DNA of 64,000 bases from positions 1,184,001-1,248,000 of the forward strand of contig CAXXMV010000006.1 of the NCBI GenBank assembly GCA_963662285.2. Reading direction: 5' to 3'. The notes beneath the pieces were generated by a model. It was given only the letters and a program-made list of their open reading frames with translations. It did not search any database and was not told the DNA's origin. This DNA is from a bacterium. Lineage in GTDB: Bacteria > Hinthialibacterota > Hinthialibacteria > Hinthialibacterales > Hinthialibacteraceae. Positions 47,357 to 56,515 of this stretch are shown in pieces; within the stretch, counting starts at the first letter, position 1; every line of letters starts with the position of its first letter. The position numbers were made by a program, and so were the translations under genes.

Positions 47357-49885
47357 TTAGTTCATGCTCATCTGGCCGCTCGCCGCTGGAGTATCCACTT
47401 TTTCCTCAATTACATTCTTAAGAGAATGACTTTCAATATCCATTAAGGCGTTAACTGTTTCACTCTCTTTATTGGTGATATTGATTGCGTTGATTGTCTG
47501 AACGCGGGGGCCATATTCGATGTTATACATATAGTTCATAAGTGATTTATAGTCTGCATCAATATCCATGGTCAAAGAACGTTTGATGTAATAATCCTGT
47601 CCTGAATCTTCTTGAGCCTTATTGAATTTTTCGATGACTTCAGGTGGGATCAAATCATCCTTGAAATATTTCTGGTATGTTTTGTACTTTTCGACCATAT
47701 CAATAATAGTGCGAACTACAACCATCTTTTCATCTATTGTAAGTTTGGCGTCTGCTTCAACTTTTGCGGGATCAGCATCAGGGCTTAGTTCAGTCCAGAA
47801 TAGATCGCCGATCTGCATAGCTTTTTGTCGGATTCCGAGATCGGTTGTATCGGCGTCGCGGAACATGCTCATCAAGCCGCTGCCGCCTCCCATACCGCCC
47901 ATACCCATGCCCATCATGCCCATGCCCATACCACCGCCCATGCCCATGCCGCCCATGCCCATGCCGCCCATGCCCATGCCCATCATGCCCATGCCCATAG
48001 CGCCGCCGCCGGCCCAGTCATATTTGACCAGATAATTATTTTCACTCATGAGTTCGGCTTGGAGTTCTCCACGTTCACTTTTAAACGAATCTTCCAATTC
48101 TTTATCGACCACGTTGTAGCCATGACCTTTGTAGATAATCTGGTTGATGCTGATCACATTATCGTTGATCGCTTGTTGGGCCAAGTCATAGCACAAGCGT
48201 TGAAATTCGACGATTTGGTGAAGTAGAAGAGAATCATTTTTCATGATTTCATCATCAACCTGGAAAATAGGAATTAAATCAGCGAAACTTTTGCCGGTAT
48301 TTTGACGGATAAAATCAAGTACATAGAGTTCACGAATTGTTCTGGTAGTTTTGTCTGATGCCAGGAACTGGTCATTGATGCCCAGCGAATGCTTTAACAT
48401 GGTGTAGGTTTTTTCGTAAACTTCACGGATCGCCGGATTAATTGTTCCGATACTTTTTTGCTTTTGATATTGAGCAATTTCCAACAGTAATTGAGGCAAT
48501 TCTTTTGCTTCGGGCAATTCATCCTCGAAATGATCGAGGTAAGTGGTTGATTCGTTAGCCTGGATTTCAGCGCTAGGCTGGGGGCTGATGTTCGGGCGAT
48601 TTTGGATGCGTAAGTCATCAAATGTACAATCAGCGGCGAATCCACCTTCTTCGTCTGTTCCCAAATAAACTCCGGTAACAACTGAAGGTAAAGAAATATT
48701 AGTGGTCAGAGCCGTACCAGCTGTAGGACCCATTGATCCCATACCGCCGCCCATGCCCATGCCGCCCATGCCCATGCCGCCCATACCCATGCCGCCCATG
48801 CCCATGCCGCCCATACCCATCATGCCCATACCCATGCCCATCATGCCCATACCCATGCCGCCCATGCCATATCCACCGCCGCCTCCGCTGAAGAGAGAGT
48901 CTTCTTCGAGGTCGCGGGCGTCGCGGATGGATTGTCCACCGCCGTAGGGTACGCCGCGGTTCTGGCCGTTAATGTATAGAGCCTGGCGTTTCCCTTCCCA
49001 GATAGCATTGATGTGATACCACTGTCCTTTTTTCCAGTCAGAGATATAAGCCGTGACGATGCTGGGAGGTTTTACGTAATCGCGTAATTCAAAACTCAGT
49101 GTGGCGCCTTCGCCCTTATAGATGGCAATCATACTGTCACGAGCGAATGGGCCAGGACCCACAGGCAGCATCTGGTTTATGTTCATTCTTTCAAACATGG
49201 AATTGCTGGTATCCTGGCTTTCCTGGTCAGTTTCCATGCGAAGTTTGATTTGATCGCGGGTGAACTTACGTGAATCAAGGGCCATAAAGAGGCATTTATG
49301 ATGAATTTCAGTGTCTGAAGGATCCCAATCAGGTTTGACGAAAAACTCTAAGGAACCTTGGCGTGGATTAATAACCTGGTGAGTTTGTACATTGGCGTAA
49401 GCGATTGCGCGGCCATTGCTGGCTTTGAATCCTGTGCCGAAGCGGCCTTCGGTGATGCCGCCGCCAACTTCCCAGGAACTGCTTACGGTTAGTTTGGTTG
49501 TTTTGCTTTCTTCTTCAACCTTTTTCATGCGAACGATTTGATTGATAACTTCGTCGCGATAATTTATCGAAGGATCGAAGCGTTCGATGATTTTTACTTT
49601 CTTGTCTAAATCATTGAATCCATTTCTGGCTGTATTTATCTTATCTTGAATAACTTTGATGACTTTATCGGCTTGAGTGGGGAGAGATTCATTGGTTGAG
49701 ATGCTAGAATCGCCCTCTTTTTTAATCTGAGAAACGATGGTTTTATATGTTCGCGAAAGGCCTTGCAACTTTTCATTATACTCTTTGTATTGCTTTTGCT
49801 TTGGAGCGAATACATACAGATGCATTCCTGCAACGACAACTGCGGCGATGATAATCGCAATAATTGCTTTAACTTTTTTACCCAT
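47357..49885 (-). CDS. Membrane-anchored PilO/GspM-like protein with LamG-like insert and two Gly-Met-rich tracts
   Basis: N-terminal TM + coiled coil; GRFG.G, GSLEFFVKPDW, WKKGQWYHINAIW..LYING, FDDLRI (LamG); C-terminal LTMDIDADYKSLMNYMYNIEYGPRVQTINAINI (PilO-like). Confidence 0.6.
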   Translation of the reverse strand: MGKKVKAIIAIIIAAVVVAGMHLYVFAPKQKQYKEYNEKLQGLSRTYKTIVSQIKKEGDSSISTNESLPTQADKVIKVIQDKINTARNGFNDLDKKVKIIERFDPSINYRDEVINQIVRMKKVEEESKTTKLTVSSSWEVGGGITEGRFGTGFKASNGRAIAYANVQTHQVINPRQGSLEFFVKPDWDPSDTEIHHKCLFMALDSRKFTRDQIKLRMETDQESQDTSNSMFERMNINQMLPVGPGPFARDSMIAIYKGEGATLSFELRDYVKPPSIVTAYISDWKKGQWYHINAIWEGKRQALYINGQNRGVPYGGGQSIRDARDLEEDSLFSGGGGGYGMGGMGMGMMGMGMGMMGMGGMGMGGMGMGGMGMGGMGMGGGMGSMGPTAGTALTTNISLPSVVTGVYLGTDEEGGFAADCTFDDLRIQNRPNISPQPSAEIQANESTTYLDHFEDELPEAKELPQLLLEIAQYQKQKSIGTINPAIREVYEKTYTMLKHSLGINDQFLASDKTTRTIRELYVLDFIRQNTGKSFADLIPIFQVDDEIMKNDSLLLHQIVEFQRLCYDLAQQAINDNVISINQIIYKGHGYNVVDKELEDSFKSERGELQAELMSENNYLVKYDWAGGGAMGMGMMGMGMGGMGMGGMGMGGGMGMGMMGMGMGGMGGGSGLMSMFRDADTTDLGIRQKAMQIGDLFWTELSPDADPAKVEADAKLTIDEKMVVVRTIIDMVEKYKTYQKYFKDDLIPPEVIEKFNKAQEDSGQDYYIKRSLTMDIDADYKSLMNYMYNIEYGPRVQTINAINITNKESETVNALMDIESHSLKNVIEEKVDTPAASGQMSMN

Positions 49886-49973
49886 TATCCTATACCTCTC
49901 CCTGCGCCATTAAACGGTTTTTTTTTTGCGTTTTTTTTTTGAAAATTTGTAAAATAATTACTAATTTTAAGTT

Positions 49974-51182
49974 CTATCTCATTTCAGGCGGATCACCGCT
50001 GGATTTATTAAGTTCCTGTGAACTTAATTTACGAAATGAGCCGTTCTCGCATTCCGCACACCCTGCCTTCTTTAAGTCTTTAATCGTAAGATACTTATGC
50101 TCAGGTCCAACCGCATAGCGCGTATCGCATGCCGTACATGCGTAAATTCCGCCGGGCGGACGAACCTCTCCCGTATAAAAAGGAGTATAACGCAAGCGGG
50201 ATGATTTTTCAGGTGTTGGAGATAAAACCTTTTCTACTACTAATAGCGACGATTGGTTGGCATGAATAGAAGCGCCATGATAATGATTGAAATTTGGATG
50301 GATTTCATTGATCACCCAACCCATATCCAATAGATTACTCTGGATGGGATTTAACTCTGATCCAGATGGAAAAGGCATTGATAATAATAGACTTGCGCCG
50401 GTTTTTACGGCCACATTACAACGGTGCGCGAATGTGGTTATGCCATTCAGGGTATATGACGGATCGGTTAAAGCTGCATCGAAGCGATCATGTAATTCGG
50501 TTGGTAAAGGTTCACGCACATCATATTTAAAAGTTTTAATATAATCGCATGTAATGTCTTTAATATAAGATAAGTAACGATCATCAATGTCAGCGACGAA
50601 CAGTTCTCCAGGCGCTTCCAATTCGGACATAAACCTTTTACGAACCAGAAAACAGGCTACAGAAATCAAATCATCGTCGCCCATAAATATGATAGAGCGA
50701 CCAAGCAACCCTTTTTCCAAGAGAAACAATGCTTTGCGGACGCCCGTTTCCGCCGTGGCGTGGCTTTGGTCTAGAGTGACATCAACTTCCGGTCTGGACT
50801 GGCATATTGCTTCAAATTTTTCAATAACAGCGAATGATTCGGGTGAAGTGATTCGTCCGGTTCCTAAACATGCAGAGCATTGCTGATTTACGAACTCTTG
50901 TTTTCCGAAAAGATTACGCAGTAGTTCACTGCCTTTTTCGGTAATTTTAAGTTTTTGGTCTGTGACGAAGAAATCTCTTTTTTCTAATTCGCGGCGCATG
51001 GCGGCCAGGACCGGGACCGGGATTCTAATCTCGGCGGACCAGTCGCGCGTTGAATGAATCTTTTTTCTGTACAGCGCCCATAGAGCTTTGGTAACGCCTT
51101 CAATGCCTTCACGCAATTGAATGGACTGGGCGATTCCGCTAAGCCATTCCGTTTTTTGGATCGAATTCATTTTATCATTCAT
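49974..51182 (-). CDS. Branched-chain polyamine synthase BpsA-like (bis-aminopropyl spermidine synthase family) with Cys motifs
   Basis: RP....LDQSHAT.ET, MGDDDLIS, DIDDR, YDVREPLP, FDAALTDPSYT; CSACLGTG and C-terminal CTAC..CAEC; start probably 51182. Confidence 0.75.
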   Translation of the reverse strand: MNDKMNSIQKTEWLSGIAQSIQLREGIEGVTKALWALYRKKIHSTRDWSAEIRIPVPVLAAMRRELEKRDFFVTDQKLKITEKGSELLRNLFGKQEFVNQQCSACLGTGRITSPESFAVIEKFEAICQSRPEVDVTLDQSHATAETGVRKALFLLEKGLLGRSIIFMGDDDLISVACFLVRKRFMSELEAPGELFVADIDDRYLSYIKDITCDYIKTFKYDVREPLPTELHDRFDAALTDPSYTLNGITTFAHRCNVAVKTGASLLLSMPFPSGSELNPIQSNLLDMGWVINEIHPNFNHYHGASIHANQSSLLVVEKVLSPTPEKSSRLRYTPFYTGEVRPPGGIYACTACDTRYAVGPEHKYLTIKDLKKAGCAECENGSFRKLSSQELNKSSGDPPEMR

Positions 51183-51195
51183 ACTTAATCCGTTT

Positions 51196-52140
51196 TCAGT
51201 TCTTTTCTCTAAATTTAAGCAAATCAACCAGCGTTTCATTTACAGGAGTTGGAACGCCGCTTTGCTGACCGAATTTAACAATGGCGCCATTCAGGGCGTC
51301 GATTTCAGTTCTGCGTTTTTTTTCTATATCCCGCAGCATAGATGGATAATGCGCTGCGGTTGTTGGAACCATCTGGTGGTAAAATGCATCCCGGTATTCA
51401 TCGGCGCTATGCCAGAATTGTTTGATAGCGCATTTTCGGGTTACTTGAAATGCTTCTTCAATAATTTGATCCATTATCGAACGGGTTGATTGGTTGTCAG
51501 CCAAATCTCCGTAAGTAGCGTTGAGCAATGCGCCTAATGGATTCAATGCTGAATTATACAGTATTTTAGCCCAGATGTATTGCTCTAGCGACTCTGTTGC
51601 TTCAACTGGAATCTGCGCCTCCCGCATGGCGTGGGCGATGTTTTCTATTTTATCCAGGGGGAATTGACAATTATAGTGACCGATGCGTATGGCGTCGGCA
51701 TGGACATTAACTTGGATAACGCCTGGCCGGGGAAGTTCAACTCCCGTTATTACGCGGGCGCCGAGGGTGCGTTCCCACCCAATCGCTTGCGCGATGGTCT
51801 GGCAATTGCCATAACCGTTCTGGCATGAAATAACCAGAGAATCATCATTGACCAGAGCTGCGCATGATTGAATCGCCTGCTGTGTGTCGAATGCTTTTAC
51901 GGTAATGATTATTTGATCGAACCGCCTGGAATGGTTTGGTATGTCGTCTATTGACTCATAGGCGGGTAAGGGTTGGGTTTGGTGTTCGCCCCATTTGCCC
52001 GATATGCGGATGCCCTGGTTGATAATGCCGTCAATATTCCATTTTCTTCCAATGAATATTACCTGGTGGCCGGCATTGGCGAGCAATCCCCCAAGCAGCG
52101 TTCCAACGGCGCCAGCTCCGAAGATAAGAATATTATTCAT
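51196..52140 (-). CDS. panE: 2-dehydropantoate 2-reductase
   Basis: IFGAGAVG, TVKAFD, QNGYG, WAKILYNSALNPLGAL, SMLRDI..RRTEIDALNG. Confidence 0.92.
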   Translation of the reverse strand: MNNILIFGAGAVGTLLGGLLANAGHQVIFIGRKWNIDGIINQGIRISGKWGEHQTQPLPAYESIDDIPNHSRRFDQIIITVKAFDTQQAIQSCAALVNDDSLVISCQNGYGNCQTIAQAIGWERTLGARVITGVELPRPGVIQVNVHADAIRIGHYNCQFPLDKIENIAHAMREAQIPVEATESLEQYIWAKILYNSALNPLGALLNATYGDLADNQSTRSIMDQIIEEAFQVTRKCAIKQFWHSADEYRDAFYHQMVPTTAAHYPSMLRDIEKKRRTEIDALNGAIVKFGQQSGVPTPVNETLVDLLKFREKN

Positions 52141-52219
52141 AGTAACGGTCTTTTTGAAAAATCAATAAAAAATCAAGAAAAATTTAAAGGAACTTTTTTA
52201 TACAAAAAGTTCTAACAAG

Positions 52220-52242
52220 AAAAGCCCCGTGGCGGGGCTTTT
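52220..52242 (-). terminator. Rho-independent terminator after rpmA
   Basis: AAAAGCCCCG-TGG-CGGGGCTTTT. Confidence 0.75.
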
Positions 52243-52284
52243 CCAGTGGTATCTTTTTTATAGGTATGGCAATTATGCCTAACC

Positions 52285-52545
52285 TTAATTTGCGTTGGGA
52301 ATAACCGAGATTACTTTCCGGTTACGTTTCAACTCAAATTTGACGATTCCTGTTGCTTTCGCGAACAGCGTATCATCGCCGCCTTTTCCTACATTCTCGC
52401 CCGGGTGATATCCGGTACCGCGTTGTCGGACAAGAATTGATCCGGCGTTAACTAATTGGCCGCCAAATCTTTTTACGCCAAGCCGTTTAGCTTTGCTGTC
52501 ACGACCGTTACGTTGTTTTCCACCGCCGCTTTTTACATGAGCCAT
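52285..52545 (-). CDS. rpmA: 50S ribosomal protein L27
   Basis: [49 protein letters not shown]. Confidence 0.97.
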   Translation of the reverse strand: MAHVKSGGGKQRNGRDSKAKRLGVKRFGGQLVNAGSILVRQRGTGYHPGENVGKGGDDTLFAKATGIVKFELKRNRKVISVIPNAN

Positions 52546-52925
52546 TGATTCATATCTCCATTTCAGGGAATAACCGGGAAATTTTAGTCCTGATTGCGCT
52601 TTATATCAAGAGCTAAGAGCCGCCATAAACTCGATTTAGAATTGTTCTTTTGTAATAATCATATAAAATATCTCCTCATAGTCAACTTCTTCATATGCAA
52701 ATACTGATTATTGATCAGGCTGCTCAGGGTATCAGGTTGGGCTATTATGAACGTAGTAGTCTGTCAAGCAAAGGTTTATGAATATCCATCTCTTCAGAGT
52801 AGGCCAGGATATTATTCCATAATTGATGCTCTACTAGATTAATTTCATCAGTGTGATTAGATATAACCAGTTTAATTTTAATAGATTAAGAGTTGAATTA
52901 TCTTTTAGGTTTGAGTGAAAACAAC

Positions 52926-53291
52926 ATGCGTAGTGATAAGAAAAAGCGTTTTTCTGAAAAAGATGATCAACAATTAATATCAGAACGGCTTTGCGCGCAT
53001 ATTTCGATGCTGGAAATTGTGCAACAAAATCTTAGAGAAGCCGGATTAAAGAAAAGCGACCGCCTGATTCGCGCGTGCGGAGATATTAAAAAGCATCTTG
53101 AAAGTCTGGAAAAGCAGATCAATAAAAAGAAATTTTCCAAGGATAATAAAATAATTCCCGTTCTTGATGCAGCGAAAAAGAAGCAAAAGCAATTTGTGGT
53201 ATCGACCTCAATGTATAAGCGGCTTAATTCCCGGAAGGTTTTGAAGAGTTTTAATCAATATTTAGATTCATTATCCAAATTGAAAAGATAG
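52926..53291 (+). CDS. Hypothetical basic helical protein upstream of the CHAD gene
   Basis: ORF 52893-53291, likely ATG 52926; Lys-rich. Confidence 0.55.
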   Translation: MRSDKKKRFSEKDDQQLISERLCAHISMLEIVQQNLREAGLKKSDRLIRACGDIKKHLESLEKQINKKKFSKDNKIIPVLDAAKKKQKQFVVSTSMYKRLNSRKVLKSFNQYLDSLSKLKR

Positions 53292-53333
53292 AATATTTTA
53301 GTAGATTAGAGTTGATTATTCTCTAAATATTTT

Positions 53334-54287
53334 GTGAGTATAGTTATGGTTGTTAATTATTTGGAAACTCCTCCCCCAAAAGGGAATTCTGAAGCAGCCG
53401 CTTTATCGGGTAAGAAAGTTTTATCGTTATTATTCGATTTGTTCCTGGAGAAAGAAGCCGGAACCCTGGCGGGTGATGATATTGAATTTCTGCATAGAAT
53501 GCGCGTGGCGACGCGCCGCATGCGCTCTTTGCTGAAGATCATGAACGGGGTGTATGACGAAGAACGCGTCCAGCCGCTATATTATGATCTGCGCCGCGTC
53601 GCGCTGTTGCTGGGTGAGGTGCGGGACATTGATACTTTTGTGCCCTTTCTGCGATCCTGCCAAACCACTCTGCCTAAATCAGTCAACCCAGCGATTGAGC
53701 ATGTTATTGAAGACCGCTTAATGGTCCGTGAGAAAAGCCTCAATATTATCCGGGCGGAATTTAAGAGCGAATGGTATATTGATTTCAAGCGCAGTATGGC
53801 CGATTTTATTGCTGAACACTCTTTTTATGATCTGGAATCGGAAGATATTCAGATCGTCGCCCCACGATTGATTGAAAACTGTCTGGTAAAGATATTGAAA
53901 CGCCGCAACCGGATTTATGACGCTACTCATGAAGAATTGCACCGCCAGCGTATTAGATTCAAGCGCTTCCGTTACGCCTGCGAATTTTTTATGTCTTTTT
54001 ACGGCAACAAATTAGCCTCTTTTATTCAGGAACTGGAGGAGATTCAGGATATCCTGGGTCTGATGCAGGATCATTCGCGCGATATTAAATTCCTGGAATC
54101 CAGCAAAGATGAGATCGTCGCTGACATGAAAAACAAAAACGGCGCCGCTTCCCTAAACGACCTTCTAAAACATTTCCATAAATCCATCGATCAAGAACAC
54201 AAAAAATTCCTCCTGACCTGGAGAAGATTCTCCCTGCCGGAAAATGAATTACGCTATCTTTATATTATCCGGAATGGGATTGTTTGA
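53334..54287 (+). CDS. CHAD domain protein (polyphosphate-binding)
   Basis: EFLHRMRVATRRMRSLL, LGEVRDID, LHRQRIRFKRFRYACE, QDILGLMQD. Confidence 0.9.
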   Translation: MSIVMVVNYLETPPPKGNSEAAALSGKKVLSLLFDLFLEKEAGTLAGDDIEFLHRMRVATRRMRSLLKIMNGVYDEERVQPLYYDLRRVALLLGEVRDIDTFVPFLRSCQTTLPKSVNPAIEHVIEDRLMVREKSLNIIRAEFKSEWYIDFKRSMADFIAEHSFYDLESEDIQIVAPRLIENCLVKILKRRNRIYDATHEELHRQRIRFKRFRYACEFFMSFYGNKLASFIQELEEIQDILGLMQDHSRDIKFLESSKDEIVADMKNKNGAASLNDLLKHFHKSIDQEHKKFLLTWRRFSLPENELRYLYIIRNGIV

Positions 54288-54517
54288 GGTTACACCACTC
54301 TATGTAGAAATGACGTAAGTACGCTTCACATTTGGTTATTAAAAGTATACAGTTGTAAAATATATCAGATATATTCAGGAAATGTGCTATTGACTTCCTG
54401 TTTACTTATATGTAATTATTGAATTGAAAATAACGAATTAATTTTAGTTACTTTTGATCTTGTAAAACGTAAAAAATTTAATCGGGATTAGTGAAAGAAT
54501 TATCCTAGACCTTTATT

Positions 54518-55366
54518 ATGAATAAAAATACACAATCATTAACGTCATTAGATAATGATTCCATTCCAGAACCTCACGAGTTAAAAAACAAACCTCTTGT
54601 TGAAGCAATTTTTGAACTTCGATGGAAACTTCAACCAGTGGAACCTCAGAGTCAGCAGGGTAGTATTATCAAATTTGGCCTTGATCCAGGATTTCAAGTA
54701 CTTGTTGGGCAATATTATGAGCAATGTAAAAAAACCTTCCCGGAAATAGAAGATTTACCCATAACTGATATTCCTCCGGAATTAACAGGGCATTCGGTTA
54801 GACATAGATTCCGATCAGGTAAGGGTGATTGGCCTGTCACTCAAATTGGCCCAGGAATTTTAACAGTAAATGAAACGGAGAAATATAAGTGGGATACATT
54901 CAAAAAACTCGTAATGGAATCAATTGATAACATGTATAACATTCATACGAGATCGCCATTGTACCCGATCCGAGTAGAATTACATTATATTGATGCAATT
55001 GCCTTTGATATTGAGGACTCGAATATATTAGAGTTTTTGCGTAAAAATCTTCACATTGACATTAAAGTCGATGAATCATTGATAGAGGAACAATTAAAAT
55101 CAGCACAACCCGCTGGTTTCTTCTTTCATGTTGCATATCCGCTTTCAAAACCAAAATGCACTGTTATAACTGAATTTAAGATTGGACATAAAAATAACAA
55201 ACCATCTATAATCTGGGATACGATTCTCAGATCAGTAAAAGAAGATGTACCTCAAAAACCAGAAGATATCAATTCATGGCTTGATGAAGCTCATGAAATT
55301 ACTGATAAAGTATTCTTCACATTGACAAGAGGCGATTTACAAAAAGCATTCGAGGGCAAAAAATGA
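54518..55366 (+). CDS. TIGR04255-like family protein
   Basis: LKNKPLVEAIFELRW, HRFR, QIGPGILTVN, Y.W..FK, RVELHYIDAI, WLDEAH...FF pattern recalled from this family. Confidence 0.75.
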   Translation: MNKNTQSLTSLDNDSIPEPHELKNKPLVEAIFELRWKLQPVEPQSQQGSIIKFGLDPGFQVLVGQYYEQCKKTFPEIEDLPITDIPPELTGHSVRHRFRSGKGDWPVTQIGPGILTVNETEKYKWDTFKKLVMESIDNMYNIHTRSPLYPIRVELHYIDAIAFDIEDSNILEFLRKNLHIDIKVDESLIEEQLKSAQPAGFFFHVAYPLSKPKCTVITEFKIGHKNNKPSIIWDTILRSVKEDVPQKPEDINSWLDEAHEITDKVFFTLTRGDLQKAFEGKK

Positions 55367-55758
55367 TTACCACAGAAATAATGAATGCGGAATTCAAGCA
55401 AAATTCATCAAATTCAAGTTTTTTTTATGAAAATGAATTCATGAGTTATCATGAAATTGATGATAATTTGAATATTTTTCCTCAAAAAATAAAATCTGTT
55501 AATTATTTGCTAAGTTTATTCTTAGCAGGTACCATGTTTACAGTTCCAATTGTTTATGATGATCCATTAAATGAATTTCGAAGGTCGGGATCTTCGTCGC
55601 ATTCTTGGGTTCAGAGAAAAAGAAATAGACGAATAATTACTATGCATGAAGCAAGATTAATTGCTTTACAAATATACGAAGATACAGAAAAAACCTTACT
55701 CGAAGATTATCTTAGAGAATCTCTTTTACTAGACTACTTATGGGATGAAGAAGAATGA
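55363..55758 (+). CDS. Hypothetical protein (131 aa), overlaps the upstream gene (ATGA)
   Basis: 4-bp ATGA overlap; acidic C-terminus. Confidence 0.65.
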   Translation: MITTEIMNAEFKQNSSNSSFFYENEFMSYHEIDDNLNIFPQKIKSVNYLLSLFLAGTMFTVPIVYDDPLNEFRRSGSSSHSWVQRKRNRRIITMHEARLIALQIYEDTEKTLLEDYLRESLLLDYLWDEEE

Positions 55759-55764
55759 GTTGTT

Positions 55765-56391
55765 ATGATATATGAAACATTGAATTCATCAGATTCTATC
55801 AAACAAGGTGATATATTTCAAAACATACCAAGAATTGATATGTCTTTGTTAGGTATTCCTATAATTGGAGATGATGAGACTACCTCTCTTGAGAATTGGA
55901 AAGATTTGGTTGAGGAGGATAATAATAAATTTGCAGCAATCTTACCAATTTCTAAGGTGCAAGGTATTGTAATAACTCAAAATTGCGATTGCCAAACGTC
56001 AACTTTTGTAAACTTGTGTCAAATAAGACCTTTCTGCGAGATGGAAAAAAATACGCCAACTACGCCCAAAAGATGGGCGAATTTTATTAGAAAGAAATCT
56101 CGTGAATCTCTGCGATATTTTTATTTACCTGAGGACAAAAAATTTGGTTTCAATGAAAGAATGATATCTGATTTTTTAACAATAATCACGATAAAGCGCG
56201 AAGAATTGAATCAAATAAAGGAATATAGGTTAGGTCGACTTAATAATATTGCTTATGAAAATTTCAGAGAAACATTATCTCAATTTTTCCGTCGATATCC
56301 ATACGATGAATGGTATCCTTTTACAAAAGAAGAATTCGATGCTTATAAATTAGATTATCCACAATCCGAGCCATTTGATTGGCAAAAATGA
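55765..56391 (+). CDS. Hypothetical protein with QGDI...VITQNCD motif (possible PemK/MazF-like fold)
   Basis: IKQGDIF, GIVITQNCDC, VNLCQI, RYFYLP, SDF, RLGRL, FFRRY; starts 6 nt after the previous stop. Confidence 0.7.
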   Translation: MIYETLNSSDSIKQGDIFQNIPRIDMSLLGIPIIGDDETTSLENWKDLVEEDNNKFAAILPISKVQGIVITQNCDCQTSTFVNLCQIRPFCEMEKNTPTTPKRWANFIRKKSRESLRYFYLPEDKKFGFNERMISDFLTIITIKREELNQIKEYRLGRLNNIAYENFRETLSQFFRRYPYDEWYPFTKEEFDAYKLDYPQSEPFDWQK

Positions 56392-56515
56392 ATTTCACAT
56401 TCTCCCCACCCCCACCAAAGCTAAATCCAAATAACAAATCCATTAAAAAAATTACTTACGCCCAAGCGTATAAAGGCCACTTGGGCGTTTATAAAGTTTA
56501 CGCTTCGAATAGCGG

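Noticed and set aside
47622-48947. Plus-strand Pro/Met- or His/Ala-rich ORFs
   Set aside because: Antisense shadows of the Gly-Met tracts of the minus-strand gene.
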